From a virus (lineage: Duplodnaviria > Caudoviricetes): a stretch of DNA of 46,417 nt. The position numbers were made by a program, and so were the translations under genes. Below are positions 15,982 to 24,992 of the stretch, piece after piece; the stretch's first letter is position 1, and each line of letters opens with the position of its first letter. The DNA lies in IMG/VR virus record IMGVR_UViG_3300030372_002865, positions 1 to 46,417 of that record; one strand, written 5' to 3'. Under the pieces are notes generated by a model. That model made no database searches. It had not been told where the DNA came from and saw only the letters and a program-made list of their open reading frames with translations.

Positions 15982-17880
15982 CTAACGAGCTTCACCCCAA
16001 CTCGGACCGATTTCTACGTCGCATAAATTGGGGACCTCTAATTCTATCGCCGTTTCCATGATTCTTGCAACCTCTTTTGCATCTTCTTGCGTTTTTACGG
16101 ACATAGCGATCTCATCGTGTATCTGGATAAGCGGTACGAGCCCTTGTTCATATAGGTTTACCATAGCTTGTTTAGTCATATCGGCAGCTGACGCCTGTAT
16201 CAACCTGTTAAGCGCTTTGTAAGTATACGCTCTTTTTAGTCTGGTCGTAGGTCCGTGGGCTTGGGTTGCTTCTGCGTAAGGCAACGCCTTGTGCATTGCA
16301 AAGCTATCTGGCTCCCATAGATCAAACCTACATTTTCTTCCTTTAATCGAACGAATAGAGCCTCCGCTGCTTCTAGCATTCAGTCTGTCGGTCACGCCGT
16401 TCATTAGCTTTTTTACAAACGGAACACGCTCATGGTATTTTTTCATCAGGTCCTTAGCTTCTTCAATTTCTATGTCCAGCTGGTCGGAAAGTTTATTCAC
16501 GCCCATCCCGTACATTAATGCTAGATTGACTACTTTAGCTATTTTCCTGGGGATAGACGCCATCTCCGCTACCATTGTGTGGAAGTCAGTGGTCGGGTCG
16601 TTGCGGTACGCCTCTACAAACTCATCAACTTTCGGCAGCGGTCTGTCCAGCGTTTGCCCATAGACTTGTGCGTAATGCACCAAGATCCGCGGTTCTTGCT
16701 GGGAGAAATCAACACTCGCCCACTGCTCGCCTTCTTCTGGGAGGAACAGACTACGGATCATTGGCCCTATTTCAGGGTCTCTGGCTGGTATCTGTTGTAA
16801 GTTAGGATTGTTCATGCTGATACGTCCTGAAACTGTGCCTCCATCGTCAGACCTAATTTGATTTATGTGGCTATGTATCCGCCCATCCTTGCCAGCATGC
16901 TTCATAATCGTATTTATGAACGTGCCGTGAGTTTTGTTAAGGTTTCGGGCTTGAACAATAAGCTTGGGCAGCTCGTGCTCATGCTCCGACAGAAAGAGCT
17001 TTGTAAACGAAGGAGCCCCTTTATCGGTCTTTGGGTAAGGTATGCCCTGTTCGTTAAAAGCTTTTGCCAAAGATTGTGCAGCCCAGATCTCAACGTCCGT
17101 TCCTGTCATGCTCTTAATCTGCTTCAGTAGATCTTTCTCACGCTTCAGCAAAGCATTTCTTGTACGTTCTAGTTTGTCGATATCTACGCGGACCCCTTTC
17201 CAAGTCATGTCGATAAGACAGGGCAAAAGGTCGAGCTCCATATTAACAACATCCTCAAGGTCTTCTTGTTGCGTCTTTATCTTAAAAAACTTCCAGAGGT
17301 CCAAGGTCAGCGTTGCGTCTGTCTCGGCGTATGGCCCCACATGCATGGCTGGTAACCGCCACATCTCGCCCTTGGGGTCTACGCCAAACTCTGTAGCAGC
17401 CTCTACAAGCCCTTTTTCAGATTTGGTTTTGTTAAGATAATCATAAGCTAACGCATTCAAACTGTAACTAAAACGGTTCTCGTCTAGTAATGCAGCTATG
17501 ACCATAGTATCTATAATCTTGCCGTTGAGCTGAAACCCTTCGCGCCGTAACCAGCCAGCGTCATACTGTGCATTATGCATAATCTTATCCGCTGGGCATT
17601 CAAACACTTTCTGTAGCCACTTGCTAACAATACGCTTATCGAGATTGCCCCCACCTTGGTGACCAACAGGAATATATCCTTTCCAATCGTCTGTCGCGAC
17701 GGCATATCCCACAACCTCTCCATCACCTACGGCCCAGCCCGGTCCGTTGGTCTTAATATTGGGGTCTCTTGTCTCAACGTCTATTGCGATCTGCTTTGCA
17801 GAAAATATATCGGGCAGCTCCGCTGGTGGAACCCAATCGGACTTCGGGGCAAACATTGCCATTTGTAAAGGTTTCACCAT
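15982..17880 (-). CDS. polA: DNA polymerase family A with 3'-5' exonuclease
   Basis: Exonuclease motifs AIDVET, HNAQYD, YAETDA. Polymerase motifs SGRISMNNPNLQQIP, DFSQQEPR, AKVVNLALMYG, QIHDE. Start at 17880 by TAATG coupling. Confidence 0.96.
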   Translation of the reverse strand: MVKPLQMAMFAPKSDWVPPAELPDIFSAKQIAIDVETRDPNIKTNGPGWAVGDGEVVGYAVATDDWKGYIPVGHQGGGNLDKRIVSKWLQKVFECPADKIMHNAQYDAGWLRREGFQLNGKIIDTMVIAALLDENRFSYSLNALAYDYLNKTKSEKGLVEAATEFGVDPKGEMWRLPAMHVGPYAETDATLTLDLWKFFKIKTQQEDLEDVVNMELDLLPCLIDMTWKGVRVDIDKLERTRNALLKREKDLLKQIKSMTGTDVEIWAAQSLAKAFNEQGIPYPKTDKGAPSFTKLFLSEHEHELPKLIVQARNLNKTHGTFINTIMKHAGKDGRIHSHINQIRSDDGGTVSGRISMNNPNLQQIPARDPEIGPMIRSLFLPEEGEQWASVDFSQQEPRILVHYAQVYGQTLDRPLPKVDEFVEAYRNDPTTDFHTMVAEMASIPRKIAKVVNLALMYGMGVNKLSDQLDIEIEEAKDLMKKYHERVPFVKKLMNGVTDRLNARSSGGSIRSIKGRKCRFDLWEPDSFAMHKALPYAEATQAHGPTTRLKRAYTYKALNRLIQASAADMTKQAMVNLYEQGLVPLIQIHDEIAMSVKTQEDAKEVARIMETAIELEVPNLCDVEIGPSWGEAR

Positions 17881-18134
17881 TATCTTTCTCCCATTAAGGC
17901 TGCATAGCCACAAATATCAATGGATGAATCTTCGTGGTCAGGCGTTTCTATTAAACGGCTAAGTTTCACCGCTATCATGCATTGGTACACCTGAGCCACA
18001 GTCACTTCCTTTTGAAGAAGCACGGACCACATCTTAGCTATCCGCTCGTGATTTTTGTAGGCATCTCCATAATCCTTGGCCCGTGGGCCGTTAATCGCTT
18101 TCTCTGCTGTTTGTAATATTTCTGCTCGTTTCAT
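17880..18134 (-). CDS. DUF6378-family protein
   Basis: R..DYG..NHERIAKMWS..KLSR..HEDS.IDICGYAAL. Confidence 0.8.
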   Translation of the reverse strand: MKRAEILQTAEKAINGPRAKDYGDAYKNHERIAKMWSVLLQKEVTVAQVYQCMIAVKLSRLIETPDHEDSSIDICGYAALMGER

Positions 18135-19645
18135 ATGTTATAGCTCCTCGTGGCATCTTCTGCCTCTACAATGTATAAGTTTTTCTTTGTTCTCGTTACA
18201 CCAACGTAGAACGTTCTGTGCATATCATTTGGACTGATACGCATTTCTGCATCAGCTGCTGGACTGAGGTCCGTGAACAGCACGACATTTTCCGCTTCTC
18301 CACCTTTAGAACCGTGGATCGTGGAAATAGTAATACGGGGCTCCCCGTTGAACTTCTCTCCCTTTCGTAATAACTTTGTTATGTAGGCTCTGTCGGTCTC
18401 AGGTAGTTTATCCATAGCCTCGTGCCATATTAACTCTTTCCCGACAACAAGTCCAAATTGCTCTTGTAATTCTTCTAAACTTACCTCGTCTTCATCAGAC
18501 AAACCTGTAAGTTTTTTAAACCCACGTTTAATTCTGTCTCCTGTAGACATAAAAGAGTAGATATGTCTCGCTGTTTCGCCTATAATTCGCTTTCCTTTTC
18601 GCATCTGTTCCCATCCATTTACCGCAGAACTGATCTTCTCACTGATACTACGATTTCCCATGTGGCTAAATAAATATCCGTTTGACTTTAAATCTTCCTT
18701 GACAGGCGATAGCATGTAGCCCGCCTGAGAAAGAATCATCCAAGTTCCCTCATCCATATTTACATCATTAATAGAATATATACGGCTCACCTGTCCGTTT
18801 TCTTCTTTTGGTTTGTATTCTTTTGGAAACCTTGTCGTAAGTCTACGAGAAACTTTATCTGCTATGGAATGCACATTTTTAGGAATTCGGAAAGACTGCG
18901 ACAGCGTTTCACTACCGCCATCCAGATTAATAAAATGATTAACATCCGCTCCAGCCCATCTAAAGATAGCTTGGTCATCATCTCCAGCTACATACATCTT
19001 TTTTGATTTTCGGTCCAAAGCATGAGCGATATCCCATTGTAAAGGAGACAGGTCCTGTGCTTCATCCAGAAAAGTAATTTCAAATTCTGGGCAATATCGG
19101 TCCGCTGTCTTTGAAAAGGCTTCCAGCATATCGGTAAAATCGTAGCGAATTCTTTTTTCTTTAAATACTTTTAAAGCACGGCTGATAAAACTTACCAACA
19201 TCCAATCCATGTTGATATGACTATCATTATATTGGTCTCTTAACTGCACCTTTCTTAATCTCGCAAGGTTAATCAGACCTAATACAGGGTCGTTTGCCTG
19301 AATCTTATCGGAAAAACTATCTGTTTCTGTAGGGGTCCCCGCTGCAAAAGTATAGCCTATTTGCTCTCCCAATTCTCTGTAATCTTCTGGCTGCATGATT
19401 TGTTCAACACGAATGTCGCTTTGGGCCAGAGCAAGACTGTGCAAAGTACGAAAATAGGGTAAATCTTCTTTTGGGTCGAGGTCAAAGCGCTTTGCCGCAC
19501 GGTCTCGTGCCTCGTTAGCGGCTTTTCGTGTAAACGCAAGAAAAGCTATCTTGTGCGGATGAATACCTTTTTCAAGGGCCTTGTCCACCATATCCAGCAG
19601 CGTCGTTGTCTTTCCTGTGCCCGGTGGGCCAAATATTCTAAACAT
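18131..19645 (-). CDS. UvrD/Rep-like SF1 helicase
   Basis: GPPGTGKTT, AFTRKAA, DEAQD, GDDDQAI, STIHGSKGGE, YVGVTR. Likely start MFRIFG at 19645. Confidence 0.93.
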   Translation of the reverse strand: MFRIFGPPGTGKTTTLLDMVDKALEKGIHPHKIAFLAFTRKAANEARDRAAKRFDLDPKEDLPYFRTLHSLALAQSDIRVEQIMQPEDYRELGEQIGYTFAAGTPTETDSFSDKIQANDPVLGLINLARLRKVQLRDQYNDSHINMDWMLVSFISRALKVFKEKRIRYDFTDMLEAFSKTADRYCPEFEITFLDEAQDLSPLQWDIAHALDRKSKKMYVAGDDDQAIFRWAGADVNHFINLDGGSETLSQSFRIPKNVHSIADKVSRRLTTRFPKEYKPKEENGQVSRIYSINDVNMDEGTWMILSQAGYMLSPVKEDLKSNGYLFSHMGNRSISEKISSAVNGWEQMRKGKRIIGETARHIYSFMSTGDRIKRGFKKLTGLSDEDEVSLEELQEQFGLVVGKELIWHEAMDKLPETDRAYITKLLRKGEKFNGEPRITISTIHGSKGGEAENVVLFTDLSPAADAEMRISPNDMHRTFYVGVTRTKKNLYIVEAEDATRSYNI

Positions 19646-19646
19646 C

Positions 19647-19826
19647 TTAACGTATGATTTTTGAGCAGTCGTTGCATCGGCGCCAGCGTTTACCATTCTT
19701 TTTATATATAATAGCAGTCTTCTGACAATTTTTATGGCCTTCACAAAGAATCTCCTGAGCTTTACGCTCTCTTTGTGTAGTTAATCTCCACGGGATCTCG
19801 TTGTCTCTATAGTCACCCACCTTCAT
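19647..19826 (-). CDS. 59-aa Zn-ribbon-like protein (not in ORF track)
   Basis: MKVGDYRD..LCEGHKNC..RRCNDCSKIIR, with TGATG coupling to the upstream gene. Confidence 0.6.
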   Translation of the reverse strand: MKVGDYRDNEIPWRLTTQRERKAQEILCEGHKNCQKTAIIYKKNGKRWRRCNDCSKIIR

Positions 19827-20272
19827 CAGGTATCCCCTGATTTAACGCTTGCTACGTCTTTCTCTAAGCGCTGGGCTTCTTCCTCGTATCCGTTCACACG
19901 CACAGCCTGTATAAAGGTATCAAAAGAACGCTCCCCAATACCGCCTTCTACATACATGTAGTAAATACCGTAATCCTCTACGAAATCTTTTATAGTCATG
20001 TCCTGTAATTTTTTTTCTCTAAAAAAATTGTGAAGTCTGGGGGGTAAAATCATGTCTTTAAGAAATACTGCTGGCACAAGAAAACGATTGGCGCCGTATC
20101 CGTATTCCTCCATACGCTTTATGAGTTGCTGCACCCTTTGTCGCGTAAGTCCATACAGTCGCGCAATATAAGACATGGTCCTTAATTCATCCCTATACAT
20201 AGAGTAAATTCGTCTATTTCTCTCACTAAAAGTATGATTAGTGATTGGTGGCTTGCTGGATAACGTCTGCAT
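19826..20272 (-). CDS. Transcription regulator with sigma-region-4-like HTH and RNAP alpha-CTD-like domain
   Basis: RNRRIY..TMSYIARLYGLTRQRVQQLI, then LKDMILPPRLHNFF..TIKDF..GIGERSFDTF. Confidence 0.7.
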   Translation of the reverse strand: MQTLSSKPPITNHTFSERNRRIYSMYRDELRTMSYIARLYGLTRQRVQQLIKRMEEYGYGANRFLVPAVFLKDMILPPRLHNFFREKKLQDMTIKDFVEDYGIYYMYVEGGIGERSFDTFIQAVRVNGYEEEAQRLEKDVASVKSGDT

Positions 20273-20519
20273 CTTCCATCTCCTTTAAGGTCATTTTCCA
20301 GATAAAAATAGGAGTACCCTTACCCACATAGGCTCCCGAAACATTAAACGTAAAAAACTCTAAAGCTTCCTCCCTGTCCATCCCGTCACGAGACATCAGG
20401 ATCTTTAAACATTTTTCTATATCATAAACTAAATTCAGCTGGCCTCCGAAGCCATTCTCTGTAATTCCTATAACGGCTTTGTCAAAGCCATCTGCTTGCA
20501 TCATTGGTTCTTCTTTCAA
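20238..20519 (-). CDS. Conserved phage hypothetical protein
   Basis: ADGFDKAVIG..VYD..DGM..EEALEFF.FN..GAYVG..TPIF. Confidence 0.75.
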   Translation of the reverse strand: MKEEPMMQADGFDKAVIGITENGFGGQLNLVYDIEKCLKILMSRDGMDREEALEFFTFNVSGAYVGKGTPIFIWKMTLKEMEDADVIQQATNH

Positions 20520-22054
20520 AACGGTCCCTCCTCTGTAGCGTTTTTAAATGTTGGTGGTTCGATTTCGACTTCTCCTTTGTCGAAAGATGGTATTGACCAG
20601 ACGCGAACAGAGCGCCCTTTAATCTTCATAACGGTGCTTTCTCCATTAATATCTCTTAGCCTCTGGGCAATTCTATGGGCTTTAAACTCAAAGAACTTAT
20701 TCTTTTTGAGATGAGCCTCAAAGTCTCTTAACCTAAAATAGGTCATGTTATCTTCTTCATCGGTCCAAGGTCGGCGTAACAAGATCTCTTCTTTGTCGGA
20801 AGCGATCTGTAAATGACTACAAAACTCCTCCAGATAATCGTAAAACTGTCCGCTAGTGCTTGCATCCTGGGATACCTCTATGACCGCGCTCTCATTTTCT
20901 TTCATCTCGGACAGAAGCGCCGAGATCCGCGCCTCCCAAACAGGCTTCTGTACACTACGAGGCATAAAGTTAAGCTGCTCCATGCAAGCCTTTTGAAAAA
21001 CAGGCTGACTTTGCAGTGCATCTGTATCTAATTCCAGTGGTTCGCTATTGACGTCCAAAAACCACACGGGAGGCGTCGAATTGTATTTGCGGAGGTTTGC
21101 TATAGCTGCACCCTGAACAGCAGCTCCTACGCCAAATTTTCGCGTCCTACAGAGCTCTTTATTACAATAGGCATTGATAGGACTATCAGAACACTTATAG
21201 GCGTACTCTTTTCTATCTAATTGTTTGGCAACTATGTTCACTTCGCTCAGAGGTAACGGAGGTTCCAGATACTGCATATTGTAAGTCAATATCTCGGTTT
21301 CCCAACTGTCGGGATACGCCTTCCTCAAATACACGCCTATGTTGAATAATCCGTTGTTGCGTCCCCCTTCGCTTATTTTATCTTTACACAGGGTTTGAAG
21401 GCATGGAGGACCGTCCTTTAATATAGCGTCAGGCGTCTCTGTAATTTGTAATTTCAGTATCTGTTCTGGAGTTTGCACATTCTTCTCTACCATAGCAAAG
21501 AATTCATCTAGTGTGGCGGAGGTTCCATCCTCTTTAATGGCGTACCGCAAACCCTCTTCAGCATTATAATAGGGGAGATTTAAAAAGTTTCCTACGTCTC
21601 CACGATCCAAGTGTAGCTTCACTTGCTTAGGAAATATCTCACTGCCCCCATAACCTAATGCAGCGCTAATACTCTGTAAGGTAGTCTGTAGGTCCTTGGC
21701 GTCTATCCAGTCTGTCGTAAACAAAAAGCAATGCGCTCCTCCCGACTTACTTCTACAAACCACTAAAGGTAACTTTAGCTTGTTAATCTTTTCTACCAGC
21801 GTTTTGTGGTCGAGGGGGTATTGATCTACGTCAACGCACCCCCACTTACACATATTGTCTTCATTTATAGGTATAATACCTATGCCTGTTCCCTTACCCG
21901 ATAAGTGCCCTTCCCATAGTTCCATGGTCCGTGGCTCCCGAATAATGGCTGCTTTACCTGTATTCTTGCCATTTGCTGCGGTTTTCTCGATTTTAAACAC
22001 GCCATAAGCTTCAGCGAGCCCCTCGAAAATTGCCGCAAATCTAGTTGCTGACAT
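20516..22054 (-). CDS. Archaeo-eukaryotic-type primase with PriCT-like domain
   Basis: WGCVDVD, RSKSGGAH, GNFLNLPY, PPCL..EGGRNNGLF. Start MSATRF at 22054 after GGGAGG. Confidence 0.88.
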   Translation of the reverse strand: MSATRFAAIFEGLAEAYGVFKIEKTAANGKNTGKAAIIREPRTMELWEGHLSGKGTGIGIIPINEDNMCKWGCVDVDQYPLDHKTLVEKINKLKLPLVVCRSKSGGAHCFLFTTDWIDAKDLQTTLQSISAALGYGGSEIFPKQVKLHLDRGDVGNFLNLPYYNAEEGLRYAIKEDGTSATLDEFFAMVEKNVQTPEQILKLQITETPDAILKDGPPCLQTLCKDKISEGGRNNGLFNIGVYLRKAYPDSWETEILTYNMQYLEPPLPLSEVNIVAKQLDRKEYAYKCSDSPINAYCNKELCRTRKFGVGAAVQGAAIANLRKYNSTPPVWFLDVNSEPLELDTDALQSQPVFQKACMEQLNFMPRSVQKPVWEARISALLSEMKENESAVIEVSQDASTSGQFYDYLEEFCSHLQIASDKEEILLRRPWTDEEDNMTYFRLRDFEAHLKKNKFFEFKAHRIAQRLRDINGESTVMKIKGRSVRVWSIPSFDKGEVEIEPPTFKNATEEGPF

Positions 22055-22073
22055 TTCGCCTCCCAATGTAAGT

Positions 22074-22091
22074 GGTGGCCCGAAGGCCACC
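22074..22091 (-). promoter_or_regulatory. C(UUCG)G tetraloop hairpin between the SSB-like gene and primase
   Basis: GGTGGCC-TTCG-GGCCACC with no T-tract. Could be an attenuator or stability element. Confidence 0.55.
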
Positions 22092-22096
22092 TTTAG

Positions 22097-22861
22097 TTAA
22101 AATGGAATTTCACTATCGTCCGCATGCTTAACGTTTACATCGCCAGCCATAATACTTTCGTGAAAGGCGTGACACTTGGCAAACAGATCGGCATCTTCCA
22201 TAGGCTTAACGTACTCCACGTTCCAGCCATGCCAAGACCCTTTGGAATTGTCTTGCTTTTTAGAAGTCACTTTAAACAATAAGCTAAATCTAGGGGCTGC
22301 AAACATTTTACCGTCCTCATCTTTTAGCTGTACGCCAGCAATCTTAGAATTCCACTTCTTTGATTCTTTCAGCTGAGATGATTTCATCGCGATAAGTGCT
22401 GGTTCACATGTGCCGTCATCATTCACGATCATTACAAACTGCTGTGCTGTCTGATCAAGATAACTACCCTCACCCTCTACCACATAATCACGATTGTCCT
22501 CAGAACCTTTTTGCGTCTTCGGCATCTCGTCATCAGGTGAATAAACGGCTATTGGAGCTCCAACGCCTGTGCCTCTAGCAGCCCAATGTATAAACCTTCT
22601 TTGATAGGCACAAGGCACGACTGTTATGCCCTGATCTCCTTTGTACAACTTACCAGTAACAGTGTTATACAGATCTCCTTTGCGAGCATCAGGCAAGTCA
22701 TCAAGAATAGAATCTATTCCCTGTAGTATCTTTAAAAAGGGTAGCGCCAGATCTTCCTGACTGACACTCTCATTACCCTTTCCAGAGTGCTCTTTAAACA
22801 TAGACGTAATGCCCATGCTTGCCACTTGTGTGGACTTCTTGTCGGCTACTTCTTTAGACAT
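22097..22861 (-). CDS. Putative single-stranded DNA-binding protein
   Basis: DLALPFLKILQ, NSKGSWHGW and an acidic tail ending DDSEIPF, within the replication operon. Confidence 0.7.
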   Translation of the reverse strand: MSKEVADKKSTQVASMGITSMFKEHSGKGNESVSQEDLALPFLKILQGIDSILDDLPDARKGDLYNTVTGKLYKGDQGITVVPCAYQRRFIHWAARGTGVGAPIAVYSPDDEMPKTQKGSEDNRDYVVEGEGSYLDQTAQQFVMIVNDDGTCEPALIAMKSSQLKESKKWNSKIAGVQLKDEDGKMFAAPRFSLLFKVTSKKQDNSKGSWHGWNVEYVKPMEDADLFAKCHAFHESIMAGDVNVKHADDSEIPF

Positions 22862-22878
22862 ATTTTTCTCCTTTTTGT

Positions 22879-23433
22879 CTATTTAATGGTAACTTTGTGA
22901 AAATAATACGGTTCAATTTGTTCAGGTATAGGATCTCCAGCAGCAACTTGAGCTCTATACCACTTTTCTAAAGTGTTTGTGGCAATGTCCTCTCTTTGCT
23001 GCATATCATAAGTTTTTTCTGTGCCAATCCTTAACAAATCAAGCGCCTTTTGGTCTTCTCCAGCTTTAAAAGAAGCTGAAATAACATTTCTAATTAAAGA
23101 GTCGTGACCATTTTTTCGCATCCAATCATAAAGTTTTGGTTTATCATCTTTCAAAATGTTTAACTTAACTTTTTCTTCTAAAGTAACTACTCCGCCACCT
23201 TTAAGATGAAATTTTATTACGCCAGCCTCTTCCATTTTTGAAGGAAAAAGCTCATCTCTATAATATCTCAAATCTGCGTTTGCTTTTTTAAGTTGCTCTT
23301 CTAAATTAGCTATATGTTTTTCTTTTTCTTTAACAGTTAAAGCCATAGCGGTAAGACTACTTTGATCATTTGAGTGTAAGTCCTCAAAATTCTTTTTGTC
23401 CGCGGCTTCCTTAATTTGTTTAATTAAATCCAT
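22879..23433 (-). CDS. Coiled-coil replication-module protein
   Basis: 184-aa first gene of the operon, with W..NGH..LI motif. Confidence 0.75.
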   Translation of the reverse strand: MDLIKQIKEAADKKNFEDLHSNDQSSLTAMALTVKEKEKHIANLEEQLKKANADLRYYRDELFPSKMEEAGVIKFHLKGGGVVTLEEKVKLNILKDDKPKLYDWMRKNGHDSLIRNVISASFKAGEDQKALDLLRIGTEKTYDMQQREDIATNTLEKWYRAQVAAGDPIPEQIEPYYFHKVTIK

Positions 23434-23454
23434 ATTTGGTTTCCCTTATAATTT

Positions 23455-23498
23455 ACTTGCAATATCTTATAGATAGACATATATTCTTATAAGTCAAT
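23455..23498. promoter_or_regulatory. Divergent overlapping promoters
   Basis: Plus strand TTGCAA-N17-TATATT. Minus strand TTGACT..TATCTA. TCTTATA direct repeats at 23465 and 23485. Confidence 0.65.
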
Positions 23499-23522
23499 AA
23501 AAAAATTAGATGAAAGAAAAAA

Positions 23523-24992
23523 ATGTCAACAAAATATAAATTTAAGACAAAACCGTTTCAGCACCAGCTGGACGCTTTCAACGAATCATGGAATAAACCA
23601 TTTTACGCTTTATTCATGGAAATGGGTACAGGAAAGACTAAAGTCGCTATAGATACGATGGGGGCATTATATACTGAGGGCAAGATAGCGGGAGCTATTG
23701 TTATAGCGCCTAAAGGGGTTTACGACAACTGGATAGAAGGAGAAATACCGCAGCATTTACCTGACGAAATCCAACGTATAGTGCTTCGTTGGAACCCGGC
23801 AAAGAGTAAAAAATTCTACAGAGATCTGGAAGACATTAAAAATGTTTTGAATAAAGAACTAAAGATTTTAGTTATTAACACAGAAGCCTTTAGTTCTAAA
23901 AAAGGCGCTAAGGCAGCAGTCGATTTTCTTATGTCAATAAAAGATTCTGGGCAAAACGTTATGACTATAGTAGACGAATCTACGACAATAAAAAACAGGG
24001 AGGCTATTCGTACTAAGACCATAGTAGCTTTTGGCGATGAAAGATATTCTAGCTATAGACGCATATTGACGGGTTCCCCTATTACTAAATCTCCTATAGA
24101 TTTATTTAGTCAATGCAATTTTTTAAGTGAAAAGGCTTTGGGGTATAATAACTTTTACACCTTTCGGGCTCAATACGCTATTATTCAGAAAAGAACAATG
24201 GGGCATCATAGTTTTCAGGAGATTGTAGGATATAGAAATTTAGACGAACTTAATGAAAAATTAAACAGATTGTCTTGCCGTGTATTGAAAGAGGATTGTT
24301 TAGACCTTCCTGAAAAAACTTATGTTACTCGTGATGTATCTATGAGCGAAGAACAGATAAATTTGTACGCACAAATGAAGCAGTTGGCTCTAGCGCGGTA
24401 CGACAATGGAGAGCTGGCTACGACAGCTAGTGTGCTGACCCAGCTTATGAGGCTGCAACAGATATGTTGTGGTTTTCTTAAAACAGACGATGATGAAATA
24501 CAGGAGCTGAAGAACAATAGGCTGGAAGAGCTTATGAATATTCTATCTGAAACAAGTGGAAAAGCTATAATCTGGGCCACGTTTACACACGACATACATC
24601 GTATTGTAAAAGAAATTCAGAAGGTTTATGGCGATGATTCGGTAGCCGCGTACTTTGGTGAAACGCCACAGGACGAACGTCAAAAGATTGTTTCAAAATT
24701 TCAAGATAAGCAAAGCCCGTTGCGTTTTTTTGTAGGGCAACCCAGAACAGGGGGCTATGGTATTACTCTTCACGCCGCTACGACGGTGGTATATTATAGT
24801 AATAGTTTTGATTTAGAGATACGGCTACAGTCCGAGGACCGCGCTCATCGTATAGGTCAAACAAACAAAGTTACTTATATTGACCTTGTTTCGCCTAAGA
24901 CAGTAGACGAAAAGATTATTAAAGCATTGCGTAAAAAGTCAGAGCTGGCGGGTAAGGTTTTGGGGGAAGAGGTGAGGGACTGGCTGACTTAG
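23523..24992 (+). CDS. SNF2-family (SF2) helicase
   Basis: EMGTGKT, VDES, LTGSP, GGYGITL, QSEDRAHRIGQ. Confidence 0.94.
   Translation: MSTKYKFKTKPFQHQLDAFNESWNKPFYALFMEMGTGKTKVAIDTMGALYTEGKIAGAIVIAPKGVYDNWIEGEIPQHLPDEIQRIVLRWNPAKSKKFYRDLEDIKNVLNKELKILVINTEAFSSKKGAKAAVDFLMSIKDSGQNVMTIVDESTTIKNREAIRTKTIVAFGDERYSSYRRILTGSPITKSPIDLFSQCNFLSEKALGYNNFYTFRAQYAIIQKRTMGHHSFQEIVGYRNLDELNEKLNRLSCRVLKEDCLDLPEKTYVTRDVSMSEEQINLYAQMKQLALARYDNGELATTASVLTQLMRLQQICCGFLKTDDDEIQELKNNRLEELMNILSETSGKAIIWATFTHDIHRIVKEIQKVYGDDSVAAYFGETPQDERQKIVSKFQDKQSPLRFFVGQPRTGGYGITLHAATTVVYYSNSFDLEIRLQSEDRAHRIGQTNKVTYIDLVSPKTVDEKIIKALRKKSELAGKVLGEEVRDWLT

Noticed and set aside
15966-16061. 31-codon plus-strand ORF with a perfect SD, antisense to the end of polA
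   Set aside because: No plus-strand promoter is evident and it is better explained as the complement of a hairpin loop. Not fully excluded.
14804-22090. Longer track starts at 15115, 17913, 19744 and 22090
   Set aside because: They overlap terminators, hairpins or neighbouring genes. Downstream ATGs have RBS or coupling signals.
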